From positions 62,001 through 126,000 of the forward strand of contig CBFFRQ010000076.1 in assembly GCA_965644315.1 (NCBI GenBank): a stretch of DNA of 64,000 bases, written 5' to 3'. The position numbers and the translations under genes are program-made. How positions within the stretch are numbered: position 1 is the first letter of the stretch; each line of letters opens with the position of its first letter. Under the pieces are notes generated by a model. The model searched no databases. It was given only the letters and a program-made list of their open reading frames with translations, and was not told the origin of the DNA. Positions 24,318 through 33,820 of this stretch are shown in pieces. This DNA is from Caecitellus pseudoparvulus. Lineage: Eukaryota > Protista > Bigyra: Bicosoecida.

Positions 24318-24660
24318 GGCGTGGCGAGGGTGCTGGTGCAATGTGCACTGGCGACGCCGCCACTTGCCCTGGCAACGCGGCCCCCTGCAGCGCTGCGCCA
24401 CGAGCACACACGCCTTCTGCAGGCCAGCAGCTTGAAGCGAACTGCCTGGGAAGTGAGGCTGGTTGTTTGATTTTACGATATGTGCGGTTCCGCAAGTCGC
24501 AAATTTGATGAGTAATTCTACGAGTAACTGGGCCAGCAAGAGCTTCAAAATAATGAAGCTTTTCAGTTAGTCGCGACAAGAGAAAGATGCATTGACACAC
24601 ACAACACGTAATTTGATTACAAGCAAACGCTGAGCGCGCAAAGCTCTTGGCTGACTGCCT

Positions 24661-27600
24661 TCACACACGGGGCTGGGCCAGGGCACCTGCCTTGGCGTCT
24701 GCGTCATGGCTCCCTGTTGGCTGAGGTGACCTGGCCACGGCTGGCGTTGCGAGCTTCGCCACGGGGGCCGCCTGTGGAGCTCGGAGGGGCGATGTGGAGG
24801 GTCGCTTGGCCAGCACTGACTGCAGCAGCTTGCCACTGCTGTGCAGTGCGCTTGGGCGTTTGACTGCGGCCTTTGCGGCGAGCACGTGCTTTGCGCCGTC
24901 CTTCGCATACCACGTGCGCAGCATCCACAGCAGAATGCCCGCGACAAAGACCGTGTTGACGAAGGTCAGCGTCACTGTCACGCCCTGCAGCAGGGTGGAG
25001 GAGTCTGAGAGCTGCGTGGGCTGCCCCACTGCCGTGCGGCGAATCATGGAGATGCCGCCGGCCAGAGTGACCATGGACAGCACCAAGGAGGCCTCGTCCA
25101 GCACGTTGAAGAGGGGCTGCCGGTACGGCTGCAGGTGCTGCCCTGTCACGAGGAAGCACAGCAGCACCAGCAGCGCCACAGAGATCTGGTACAGCAGACC
25201 GTGGGGGCCGAGGAACACCATGGCAATGGCGAACAGCGCCTTCCGCGCCATGATCACCACCTCGTACCAATACCGATCCTTCGCGTAGCCGAGGTAGAAC
25301 AGGCCCAGCATGGTGCGCAGGCGATCATTCGTCCACAGCGCGGTGCGGAATCGGAACAGCACCGCGCCGATGGTTGCTGGCAGGCCCACGACGATGAGCA
25401 GCATCATGGGCAGGCCCAGGCCCAGCGCCCAGGCAGAGTTCCCCGCCCCGCCACACTCCACGTCCAGGTCCATTTGCAGGCGCAGGTCGCCGCCCACCCG
25501 CACACACGTGAACATCTGCATCGTCGTGCGCACGAGCGGCGTGTAGAACAGGAAGCTGATGAGGGCGGTGGAGATGGATGCGCGGCGGTTGAACTCTCTG
25601 CGGTCGATGCGGCCACACGCGCGCAGGGCCCCCCACAGCGCCAGGGCTGCCAGGATGAAGGTGATGGGCAGCAGCAGCGTGCCCAGCGTGCGCAGGCGGA
25701 AGGCGCTGTCTACCGCATTCGCAGACTCCGTGGAGCGGAAGCAGTCTGGGGACGCCAGTTCCTGCCCCGCGGAGCTGGCCGCGTCGGCGAGGCCCAGTGC
25801 GCCCCGCAGCGGCTCTGGCCAGGCAAAGTCGAAGTTCAACATGAGCGCCAACTGCTGAAGGTGGTTGATGAGGATCTTGCGCATGACAGAGTAGTCTTTC
25901 GTCTCAGCGCCACTGTCCAGCAACTGGGACCGGATCAGCAGCAGCACGACGCCCAGCAGGCAGACATACGTGAGGGCCAGCAGGCCTGCCGCCAGGGCCT
26001 GCGAGCCACACTCTCGGCACTCGCCAGTGGACAGCAAGGACCGCCCCACCTCACACTTGCCACAGAGCACCCCCTCGTGGCCGGCCAAACACGCAGGCGT
26101 TTCCTGTGCCTCTGGGGCGCTTCGCAGCACCACCTGCGCAGTGATTTGCTGCCCCCGCCCTGCGCCTGGGACCACCGCCACTTGGTTATCCACCACTCGC
26201 ATGCCAGCGTAGGCCGCCGGCAGGCCGAACCACACATGTGCCCCCACCGTGGTGATGCCGCCCTCGCTGCTGTTGCTGAGCTGCCGTGCAGCGGGAATGG
26301 TGCCCGTGGCCGCCGGCAACACATACGCCAGCTCATGCAAGTGCACCGTAGACGTCTTGGCCGTGCATGCGAAGGGTGCGAGGCAGGCTTCAAACGACAG
26401 CATGTCTTCGCTCCAGGGCACCCTGAAGAAACCGGGGACATTGGTCATTGCCTCCCACGGCAGGCCGTTGCACGTGGCGCCCACGGGACATCGTTGACAG
26501 AGCGCCTGTGCCCACTGCCCCCGTGCTGCGAACTGCGTGGCCAAGTACTCGTCGTCACGACATACAGCCATGATCGGGCCGTTGGGGGGGGACAGAGGGC
26601 CCGAGGTAGCGTTCACTCGGCCCAAGTCTGTGACGCCTGCCACGCGCACCCAGATGGAGGTCCCATCCACAGGCGCCGCCTGCAGTCGCGCGCTGAAGCG
26701 CTGGCTCCCAGGCTGCAGCGGATCTCGGGCTATGTTGCACAGTGTGTGGGGGGCGGAAATGCTGAGGAGGTCCTCTGACAGCACATTGGGCAAGACGACT
26801 TCTTGCACGGCGCCACCGGCCATCCACGGCACCGTTGAGAACTGGATGCGCCACGCGCGCACGGGGAAGGTCCGGGTGATACCGTCGTCCACCCACTGGA
26901 ACTCCACTCGCGTCGCACCATTATCTGCCGCATCGCGATAACCACACAGGTGAGTGGGGGCAGAGGCAGGCGGCAACGCATCCCGGTCATATGCAACTCG
27001 CGCTGTCCCCTGCCCCCCCGTGCTCCAGCCGCTGATGAGCCGGACATTCACAGTCAGGTTGGCAGTGTGCTCATCAGCTGTTGACAGCGCTGGGGGCAGC
27101 GTCAGCGTCAGGCCGCCTTGTCCAATTCGCTCGAAGGCAGGCGCTGGCACCAGCCCCACGTCCACACCCACAACATCCGCATCCTCCCACCCCAAGTTCA
27201 GGCCCAGGACGCTGACAGTGTCCCCAGCCCGTGCGAGTGCCGGCGTGATGCTGAGGACTTGAGGCGGAGGCAGCACTTTGAAGGAGCCCTGGTCAGACGC
27301 CACAGTCAAGTTTTCGTTGGTCGTCACAGTCACCACTGCTGCCAAGGCCTGCAGCGCCGAGCGAGGCAGGTACGAGGCAAGGAAGTCCCTGCACTGCATG
27401 GAACGGGCGTCGGGCGACAGCTCCACAGTGCCCCCGCCTTCCTCGCAGTCAGCACCCGCCAGTGCCATGTGCCCTGCAAAGGGCAGGCTCGGGTTGCCCA
27501 GCGACAGCCCGTACACCGTCACGTTGTACCTGAGGGCGGCGCCTGGCGCTCCGTGCAGCACCTCGTCGGGACGCACAAGGTAGACCTGTGGCGCTGCGAA

Positions 27601-30600
27601 AGACACGGCGTCCCCAGCTGGCGCCGCCACTGCGCCATGCCGCGAAGTCAGGACGATGTTGGCTTGCCCTGCCGTGGCAGACTGGGGCGGCATCAGGCAG
27701 CTGACACGCGTGTCGGAGATGTGGCGGACGCTGCCGCACGGCGCACCACCAATGGTGATGGCAGCTACATCCCCCTCGGCTCGCCCGAAGTTGGAGCCCA
27801 GCACAACCACACGTGTCCCACCTGCAGCGCTCAAGACGGGTGGCAGGACTGAATCCACCTCGGGGTGAGAGTAGGCCTGGATGTACGCCCCAGTCGACTG
27901 CAGCGCAGTGCCGCTGACGCGGCCCGAGATGACCAAGCGACCCCCCCAGGCCAGGCCCTGCGTGGGTTGATCCACACACATGAGCGTCGTGGAGTTGATG
28001 TGCAGGGGGGCAAGACAAGGGGTGTCTCCCAGGAACAATTCCACAGCCAAGGCGGAGTGCTGGGGTGCGGCACCAAAGCCTACTCCTGAGACGGTGATGT
28101 TGACAGTCACATTCACAGCAGGTGGAGGCTGCATGAGGTACGAGGGGGCGACGCTTGTTATGGTTCCAGGCTCATACTTCAGCGAAGGCAGTGCCAGCGT
28201 CGCAACGAGCCCGCCCACTCGACGCAAGCGGATGGGCCCCAGCAGTCCCACGCCAGGAGGCAGTGTGCAAGTGGCCTGACTGTCGCTGACGCTGTGGTTG
28301 GAGCACAGGGTCACGCGACCAGAGATGACCACAGTGACGTTCTCAACGTCCCCGCTTTGCAGGGCGCCATGACTCCAGCTGGCGCGCCCCAACTGTGCTC
28401 CGTCGATGGTCAGCTCCCCGCCCGTCTGCGGGAAGGGCAGGGGCGACGCTGCAAACAGAACGGGGGCCGTGTACACACGCACTGCAGCGAACAGCTTGGC
28501 CTCGTGCACGCCCCCCACTGCCACAGTCACATCGGCCTGCAGGCTGCCCTGGGACAGCTGAGACAGGGGCAGCTCGAGGCAGGCAACTGCATCGGGCCCC
28601 AGCCACTGCACAGCAGGGCACGGCACGCCAGCGATGGTGATGCTCAGATCACCAGCACTTCGACCCAAGTGCTGGCCTAGAATGGTGAAGTTGCTGCTCG
28701 CGGGGCTGCTGGTGTGAGCCGTGACCGCGTGGGTCGGGGAGACTGACTCCAGTTCGGGCACTGCGTACTCGATGAAGCTGGAGGGGGCAGCCTGGCCCGC
28801 AATGGTGACGTTCACCGCAGCGCGCCCGAACAGCGGCGGCGCGTCGCAGTGCAGGAGGTTGCCGCTGATGTGGCTGATGTTGGCGCAAGGCAGGTCAGCG
28901 ACAGTCACTTGCACGGCTGACAACGGCACACCGAACACAGAATCCGAGCGTGGCAAGCCCAGTGCAGATCCTTGCACGGCAATACGCTGCCCGAAAATGG
29001 ACACCCCACGGCTGGGGGACAGGGACGAGATAGAGGGGGGCGTGTACGCAACCTGAAAGCCAAGTATGGTGGGAGACGGCACGCCGGGAACAGTGTGGTA
29101 GATGGCAACGTCACAGCTGTGGTTGTGCCCCGAAAGTGGCGGCGTCTGGCATGTGAGCTGCTGGGCAGCAGTGGAGATGCGGGGATCGAGGCAGGGCAGT
29201 CCACAGAGCGTGACGTTCACAGGCGCTGCCTGCACCTCGAACAAGGACACGGCCCACCAGGACCCCTGCACGAAGAGGATTTCACCCCCCGTCGGCTGCG
29301 CCGTCGCCGCGCCATTGACACCAATGCTGAAGGCAGTGGCACCCACCAGCCCCAGTGCTGATACCTGAGCTTGCCAGTCTTCTGGCCACACACACAGTGG
29401 GGTCAGGCCGCCCTTCTGTTCAGACAGAGGCAGATTCACTGACAGACACTGCACTCCCAGCTGTGCTGGGGACAGGGGCAGGTCAAGCTCAACTGTCGAG
29501 TGCAGCGCCTGCACGAAGAATGGCGGCAAGCCCAGCAGACCGCTGGTGTCGCACTGGAGGCAGCGCAGCCTCGTCAGGGGCAGCGGCGCGGCAACGGTGC
29601 CTTCCAGGAAGAAGTCCGCAGTGACGCCTCGAAGGGTGGACTGAGCCGGCAGGGTTATGGGCGACTCCCACACTCGGGCACGGTGGTGAGCCGGAGGCTG
29701 GGACCCGAAGATCTGCTCTGTGCTGGCCAAGCCTGCGTTGCCGTACTCGGTGTCCCCGAAGCAGCTCACATCGCCTGCGTGCAGCACAGCACAGGTGATG
29801 TCCTTGCCAACACGTACGAATGCGGTGGAGGCGCCCCCTAAGTCCACAGGTCCAAGCTCCTCTGGGCTGACGTACTGTCCGACAGGCAGCGTGCTGCCGC
29901 TGCCAGTTGCCCCATAGCTGCTGCGCCCCCAGCAGAACAACGCCCCATCCGTGCGAACGGCACAACAGACTGTGTGCAAGCACGACACCTGCACCACTGG
30001 GCCTCCGAACTGCACCTCTGAAAGCAGTGGATCATCTGGCGGGAGCTCGACCTCGAACGGCAGGCCAGGCTGCCCAAGCATGCCATCATCCGTGCTGCCC
30101 CAGCACCACACAGTGCCGTTGCTGCGTAAGACACAAATGCTGCGCTGCGCAACCGCAATTTGAATGCCTTCGCCAACATTCACAGGTTGAAAGTCCATGG
30201 GGGTGTCGTCCACCCCAATGATCATGCGGGGCATGCCAGCGCCAAGGATGTTGGCTTCAAGGTAGCCCCAGCAGGTGACGTTGTGGCTGCCCTGTAGCAG
30301 CACACATACCTCCAGAGCGCCGCTGACAGCGTCGAGCACCGGCCCTGGCAACTGCACGGGGCCAATGTCATGCAAGCGCACACCCTTGTCTCCCACGAAC
30401 TCGTCACGTTCCAGGCCGAGTCCAGCGCCGAGCTTCCCCTGTGTGTTCGTGCCTGTCCGCCACAGACGCCCCAGCGAGTCGATGATGCTCACGCCATGGT
30501 AACCAGACACCAAGCGGACGGGGTCCAGGCCAGGGGGCAGATCCCAGTCCCCCCACTGAGCCGGAGTCAATCCATCCAACTTAGGCATGTAGTCGGTCGT

Positions 30601-33225
30601 GTTGTATCCGTGTCGGACGGCTGCCCCTGCACAGCGTATTCCCCCAGTCGCGGTCAAGACGCAAGTCATATGCGCTGCCGTCGCCATCTGCCGAGCAGGC
30701 TCCCCCCAGAGGCCGAATAGCCCAGCACTTGGGAACTCATTGTCGCCAACATGCCCGTTGAAGAGGTTGCCATGTGCGCTGCTACTGCCGACCCCCCAGC
30801 ACCGAGTATTGCCGTCTTCCAGCAGCACACACGTGGTGAAATACGAATGCTGCAGGTCAACGATGCCGCCGGGGACAGACAAGCTCCATGAGGGTGAGGG
30901 CGCTCCAGCGGCGGTAACTGTGCTGTGAGGCGCCACTGCACAGCTCGTCAGCAGTCCGTCCTCATTCACCGAGCAGGTGGAAGCACAGACATCAGTGTCC
31001 TCATGAATGGACAGAGTCCCCTCAGAGTCAGTCTGGAGGCGGCCATAAGTGCCACTTATGCCGTTAAATCCCAGTACGTCGGCGGCGTTGCTGCCCCAGC
31101 AGACGGCTGCGCCAGTGACTTGCACACCACACGCGTAGTTGTCAGACGCAAACACGTGCAGGAACTTAGCTGATGCAGCAACTGGCTGACGATGCGCCGG
31201 TTCAGAAGATGACGTATCAGTGTCCCGCACCTGCAGGATGTTCCCGCCCATGCCATTGCCCATGGGGCCAGAGCACAGCACATCTCCGTCAACGAATAGC
31301 ATGCAGGTGGATCTGACGAACACGGAGATCCCCACCACTGGCCGGCCAACGTTGCCGACTGGGCGTCCATTGAACTGCTGAGCCGGGGTGGCATACTCCC
31401 CGATATTTTCCCCTTCAGGGAAGCTATTCAGCAAGCCATCTTCAGTCAAACCCCAGCAAAACGCTTCAGCGGTGCTGTACACCACGCACGAGACCTCCTG
31501 GCCTGCAGCCACCGCCACTGCTGAGTGGTTGTACTCGCCTAAATCCACAGTTCCATACTCAAGCGGGTATACATGCCCAGAAGGTCGGAAGCCAAGACCC
31601 AGCCGGCCGTTGGCGGATGTTGTGCCCCAGCACACAACCGAGCCATCCGCCCGCACGGCACAGCTGTGCGTCCTGCCAACCGCCACATGAATAGCGTGCA
31701 TACCGCCCATGTGCACAGGGCCAAACGAGTCGATGTACTCTCCTGCAGTGTCTCCGATTACAGAGCCAGCGGTGGGGTACGTGCCTTGATTTGTTCCCCA
31801 GCAGAAGATGTTCTCGCCTGGCAGTGTAGCCAGCGCACAGGCACTTGCAAAGTTCACAGAAATGTGGTGGAAACTGAGGTTGCCCTCAGTGTGAATGGGC
31901 GGCAGAGCGTCAGGGTGCTCGTCATCGCCGACGGCGCTTCCGTAGATTGGGTGCGAGGAGCTGTGCTGAATCGAAAGACGGCGCAACTGGCCCCAGCATC
32001 GAAGCTTGCCACTTTCTCGCAACAGAACACAAGTGAGAAAGTTGCCCACTCCCACTTGCTGCACGCTGCCGCCGGTGCGAACGAAGCCCACTTGGCGTGG
32101 GGTCTCATTGTCCCCGATTGTCTCCGGGCCAATGGCCAGTCCCAGCACGCCGAATGCTGAGCCTCCCCAGCACTTCAGCCGCCCGTCTGCCAGCAAGGCG
32201 CATGCGACGGACGGTGAACCAGACATCTGCACGACTCGTGCTCGGCAAGCCAGGCGCAAGGGCTGCCCGATGGCAGGTAGAACTTGCCCAGCAGCAGCTG
32301 GGGAAGCTACCACTGTCAGAGGAGGCGAGGGCACGGTAGATGTGTTGGCAGCGAGATCACCGCCTGCCACCAACGTATGACGCGCCACCTCGCTGAGGTG
32401 CTGCGTGTGTGGTAGTGCCAGGCGTTGACTATACACGACGAGCTTGGCGAGTGTGGCGGGGGCGGTCCAGCCTTCCTGCCACGTGAAGGAGGCGTTCAAG
32501 GGGTTGAACTGCACGTCGTAGTGTGCTGTGGGGTGCTGCATGCCCCCTACATGCGCCGAAGAGGAGGCATTGGCCCAAGCAGCTCCATCCCACACGTACA
32601 TGTGCAGCAAAGCACGCGGCAGTGCCGCGTTCGCGTGCGGAAACGTCAGAGTCACGCGCAGGGCGAGGTTGTGCTGTGCCAGAGTGCCGGCAGCCATAGG
32701 CAGCCCAGGAGGGTGTGTGGAGGTGGAGTTAGTTGGCCACGTGGCCATGGTGGCACTCCATGCCCCCGCTCCGCCGCCTGCCCAGTGTGTGGTGTTGGCC
32801 CGCATGTGTGCGTCACGCAGGTGCCACGAGCTCAGCACGTCCCAGGGAACCAGGGCCAGGGACCACCATGACACCGTGTAGTTCGCCCCATGCCCCAGCT
32901 GCCCGCTCGCTTGGGCACTGCGCAAATCCGCCGAGTTTGGCTGAATCTGGCGCAGCCCAGGGCCAGGCGCCAAGGCGCCCGGCACATTGTCGAACTGCAG
33001 CGAGAACTGCCACCCAAACAGCCGTTCGTGCCCCCCGAACTGCACCTGAGTGAGGCTTATGCTGCCGACTTCACCATCTGTCGTGGAGAAGGCGCCCAGG
33101 GCGACAGGCCCGTCATGAAGTGTGACGTTGTGGCGACTCAAGGCGTGCTGAGCGACAGTGGGCAGCGAAGTGCCAACGGAAGCGCACGCCGTGAGGAGGA
33201 GCGCAGCAGCGAGGCAAGGTCGCAT
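24661..33225 (-). CDS. Giant cell-surface protein (~2854 aa): signal peptide, RCC1/BLIP-II-like repeats, multiple IPT/TIG domains, Cys-rich region and C-terminal multi-pass (7TM/TRP-like) domain
   Basis: Likely start MRPCLAAALLLTACASVG at 33225, in frame with the ORF. More than 10 CA/V..dG...CWG repeats. IPT-like P.i.svsP...G..v.i.GsnlG...v.i.g.pC units. CQRCPVGATC and GVLCGKC. TM region KILINHLQ...FDFAWP...FYLGY..DRYWYEVVIMARK...LQPY...NVLD. Confidence 0.85.
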   Translation of the reverse strand: MRPCLAAALLLTACASVGTSLPTVAQHALSRHNVTLHDGPVALGAFSTTDGEVGSISLTQVQFGGHERLFGWQFSLQFDNVPGALAPGPGLRQIQPNSADLRSAQASGQLGHGANYTVSWWSLALVPWDVLSSWHLRDAHMRANTTHWAGGGAGAWSATMATWPTNSTSTHPPGLPMAAGTLAQHNLALRVTLTFPHANAALPRALLHMYVWDGAAWANASSSAHVGGMQHPTAHYDVQFNPLNASFTWQEGWTAPATLAKLVVYSQRLALPHTQHLSEVARHTLVAGGDLAANTSTVPSPPLTVVASPAAAGQVLPAIGQPLRLACRARVVQMSGSPSVACALLADGRLKCWGGSAFGVLGLAIGPETIGDNETPRQVGFVRTGGSVQQVGVGNFLTCVLLRESGKLRCWGQLRRLSIQHSSSHPIYGSAVGDDEHPDALPPIHTEGNLSFHHISVNFASACALATLPGENIFCWGTNQGTYPTAGSVIGDTAGEYIDSFGPVHMGGMHAIHVAVGRTHSCAVRADGSVVCWGTTSANGRLGLGFRPSGHVYPLEYGTVDLGEYNHSAVAVAAGQEVSCVVYSTAEAFCWGLTEDGLLNSFPEGENIGEYATPAQQFNGRPVGNVGRPVVGISVFVRSTCMLFVDGDVLCSGPMGNGMGGNILQVRDTDTSSSEPAHRQPVAASAKFLHVFASDNYACGVQVTGAAVCWGSNAADVLGFNGISGTYGRLQTDSEGTLSIHEDTDVCASTCSVNEDGLLTSCAVAPHSTVTAAGAPSPSWSLSVPGGIVDLQHSYFTTCVLLEDGNTRCWGVGSSSAHGNLFNGHVGDNEFPSAGLFGLWGEPARQMATAAHMTCVLTATGGIRCAGAAVRHGYNTTDYMPKLDGLTPAQWGDWDLPPGLDPVRLVSGYHGVSIIDSLGRLWRTGTNTQGKLGAGLGLERDEFVGDKGVRLHDIGPVQLPGPVLDAVSGALEVCVLLQGSHNVTCWGYLEANILGAGMPRMIIGVDDTPMDFQPVNVGEGIQIAVAQRSICVLRSNGTVWCWGSTDDGMLGQPGLPFEVELPPDDPLLSEVQFGGPVVQVSCLHTVCCAVRTDGALFCWGRSSYGATGSGSTLPVGQYVSPEELGPVDLGGASTAFVRVGKDITCAVLHAGDVSCFGDTEYGNAGLASTEQIFGSQPPAHHRARVWESPITLPAQSTLRGVTADFFLEGTVAAPLPLTRLRCLQCDTSGLLGLPPFFVQALHSTVELDLPLSPAQLGVQCLSVNLPLSEQKGGLTPLCVWPEDWQAQVSALGLVGATAFSIGVNGAATAQPTGGEILFVQGSWWAVSLFEVQAAPVNVTLCGLPCLDPRISTAAQQLTCQTPPLSGHNHSCDVAIYHTVPGVPSPTILGFQVAYTPPSISSLSPSRGVSIFGQRIAVQGSALGLPRSDSVFGVPLSAVQVTVADLPCANISHISGNLLHCDAPPLFGRAAVNVTIAGQAAPSSFIEYAVPELESVSPTHAVTAHTSSPASSNFTILGQHLGRSAGDLSITIAGVPCPAVQWLGPDAVACLELPLSQLSQGSLQADVTVAVGGVHEAKLFAAVRVYTAPVLFAASPLPFPQTGGELTIDGAQLGRASWSHGALQSGDVENVTVVISGRVTLCSNHSVSDSQATCTLPPGVGLLGPIRLRRVGGLVATLALPSLKYEPGTITSVAPSYLMQPPPAVNVTVNITVSGVGFGAAPQHSALAVELFLGDTPCLAPLHINSTTLMCVDQPTQGLAWGGRLVISGRVSGTALQSTGAYIQAYSHPEVDSVLPPVLSAAGGTRVVVLGSNFGRAEGDVAAITIGGAPCGSVRHISDTRVSCLMPPQSATAGQANIVLTSRHGAVAAPAGDAVSFAAPQVYLVRPDEVLHGAPGAALRYNVTVYGLSLGNPSLPFAGHMALAGADCEEGGGTVELSPDARSMQCRDFLASYLPRSALQALAAVVTVTTNENLTVASDQGSFKVLPPPQVLSITPALARAGDTVSVLGLNLGWEDADVVGVDVGLVPAPAFERIGQGGLTLTLPPALSTADEHTANLTVNVRLISGWSTGGQGTARVAYDRDALPPASAPTHLCGYRDAADNGATRVEFQWVDDGITRTFPVRAWRIQFSTVPWMAGGAVQEVVLPNVLSEDLLSISAPHTLCNIARDPLQPGSQRFSARLQAAPVDGTSIWVRVAGVTDLGRVNATSGPLSPPNGPIMAVCRDDEYLATQFAARGQWAQALCQRCPVGATCNGLPWEAMTNVPGFFRVPWSEDMLSFEACLAPFACTAKTSTVHLHELAYVLPAATGTIPAARQLSNSSEGGITTVGAHVWFGLPAAYAGMRVVDNQVAVVPGAGRGQQITAQVVLRSAPEAQETPACLAGHEGVLCGKCEVGRSLLSTGECRECGSQALAAGLLALTYVCLLGVVLLLIRSQLLDSGAETKDYSVMRKILINHLQQLALMLNFDFAWPEPLRGALGLADAASSAGQELASPDCFRSTESANAVDSAFRLRTLGTLLLPITFILAALALWGALRACGRIDRREFNRRASISTALISFLFYTPLVRTTMQMFTCVRVGGDLRLQMDLDVECGGAGNSAWALGLGLPMMLLIVVGLPATIGAVLFRFRTALWTNDRLRTMLGLFYLGYAKDRYWYEVVIMARKALFAIAMVFLGPHGLLYQISVALLVLLCFLVTGQHLQPYRQPLFNVLDEASLVLSMVTLAGGISMIRRTAVGQPTQLSDSSTLLQGVTVTLTFVNTVFVAGILLWMLRTWYAKDGAKHVLAAKAAVKRPSALHSSGKLLQSVLAKRPSTSPLRAPQAAPVAKLATPAVARSPQPTGSHDADAKAGALAQPRV

Positions 33226-33820
33226 GACAACCTGGGCCTGACTGTATGTGCTGCGCATGAAGCTGAACGTGGGCTTGGTTGGCCCGGCACTGTGCCCAGG
33301 AGCGGCGCTGTGCATGTCCAAGCTGCTGCCCGTCGCTGTGCGACTGTCCACCACGTTGCCGAGCAAGCCCCTGAGGCAGGGCCAAGCGGCGGCACAAACG
33401 GATCGGGGCGCTACACAGCAACTGGAAACACAAGCTGGAACGCTATGCGCCTGTGATAATGCCCGGGATGCCGAAAAAGCGCCGCGTGAAGGTGCAACTT
33501 CCGCCTTGCTCAAGACCCTGGCTGGTTCTGCGGCACGCAGGATTACAGCAGGGGTGTATTGTGAATGAAACGCAGCATACGGGTAGCATGCACTAGTTGG
33601 GCAATACTCCAGTTCCGACGGAAGGAACAAGTTTGTCGTTCATCAGCCAGGGTCAGTCTGCAGTCAGCCCCTGGCGAGCGTACATCTTCAGCTGAGTGGG
33701 AATTAGAGCGCGGCCTGTGGCAAACTCGTGCCATGGAGCCAAACTGAAACGCACAGGACTTCACACGCCTGCGTGCGGGACACGGCTGAGCCACAGCCCC
33801 GCCTGCCTCGCTGTGGGCGA

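Noticed and set aside
33226-33630. N-terminal 135 codons of the 2989-aa ORF
   Set aside because: Begins at a TTG start and precedes a clear signal-peptide Met at 33225; probably 5' UTR or intergenic.
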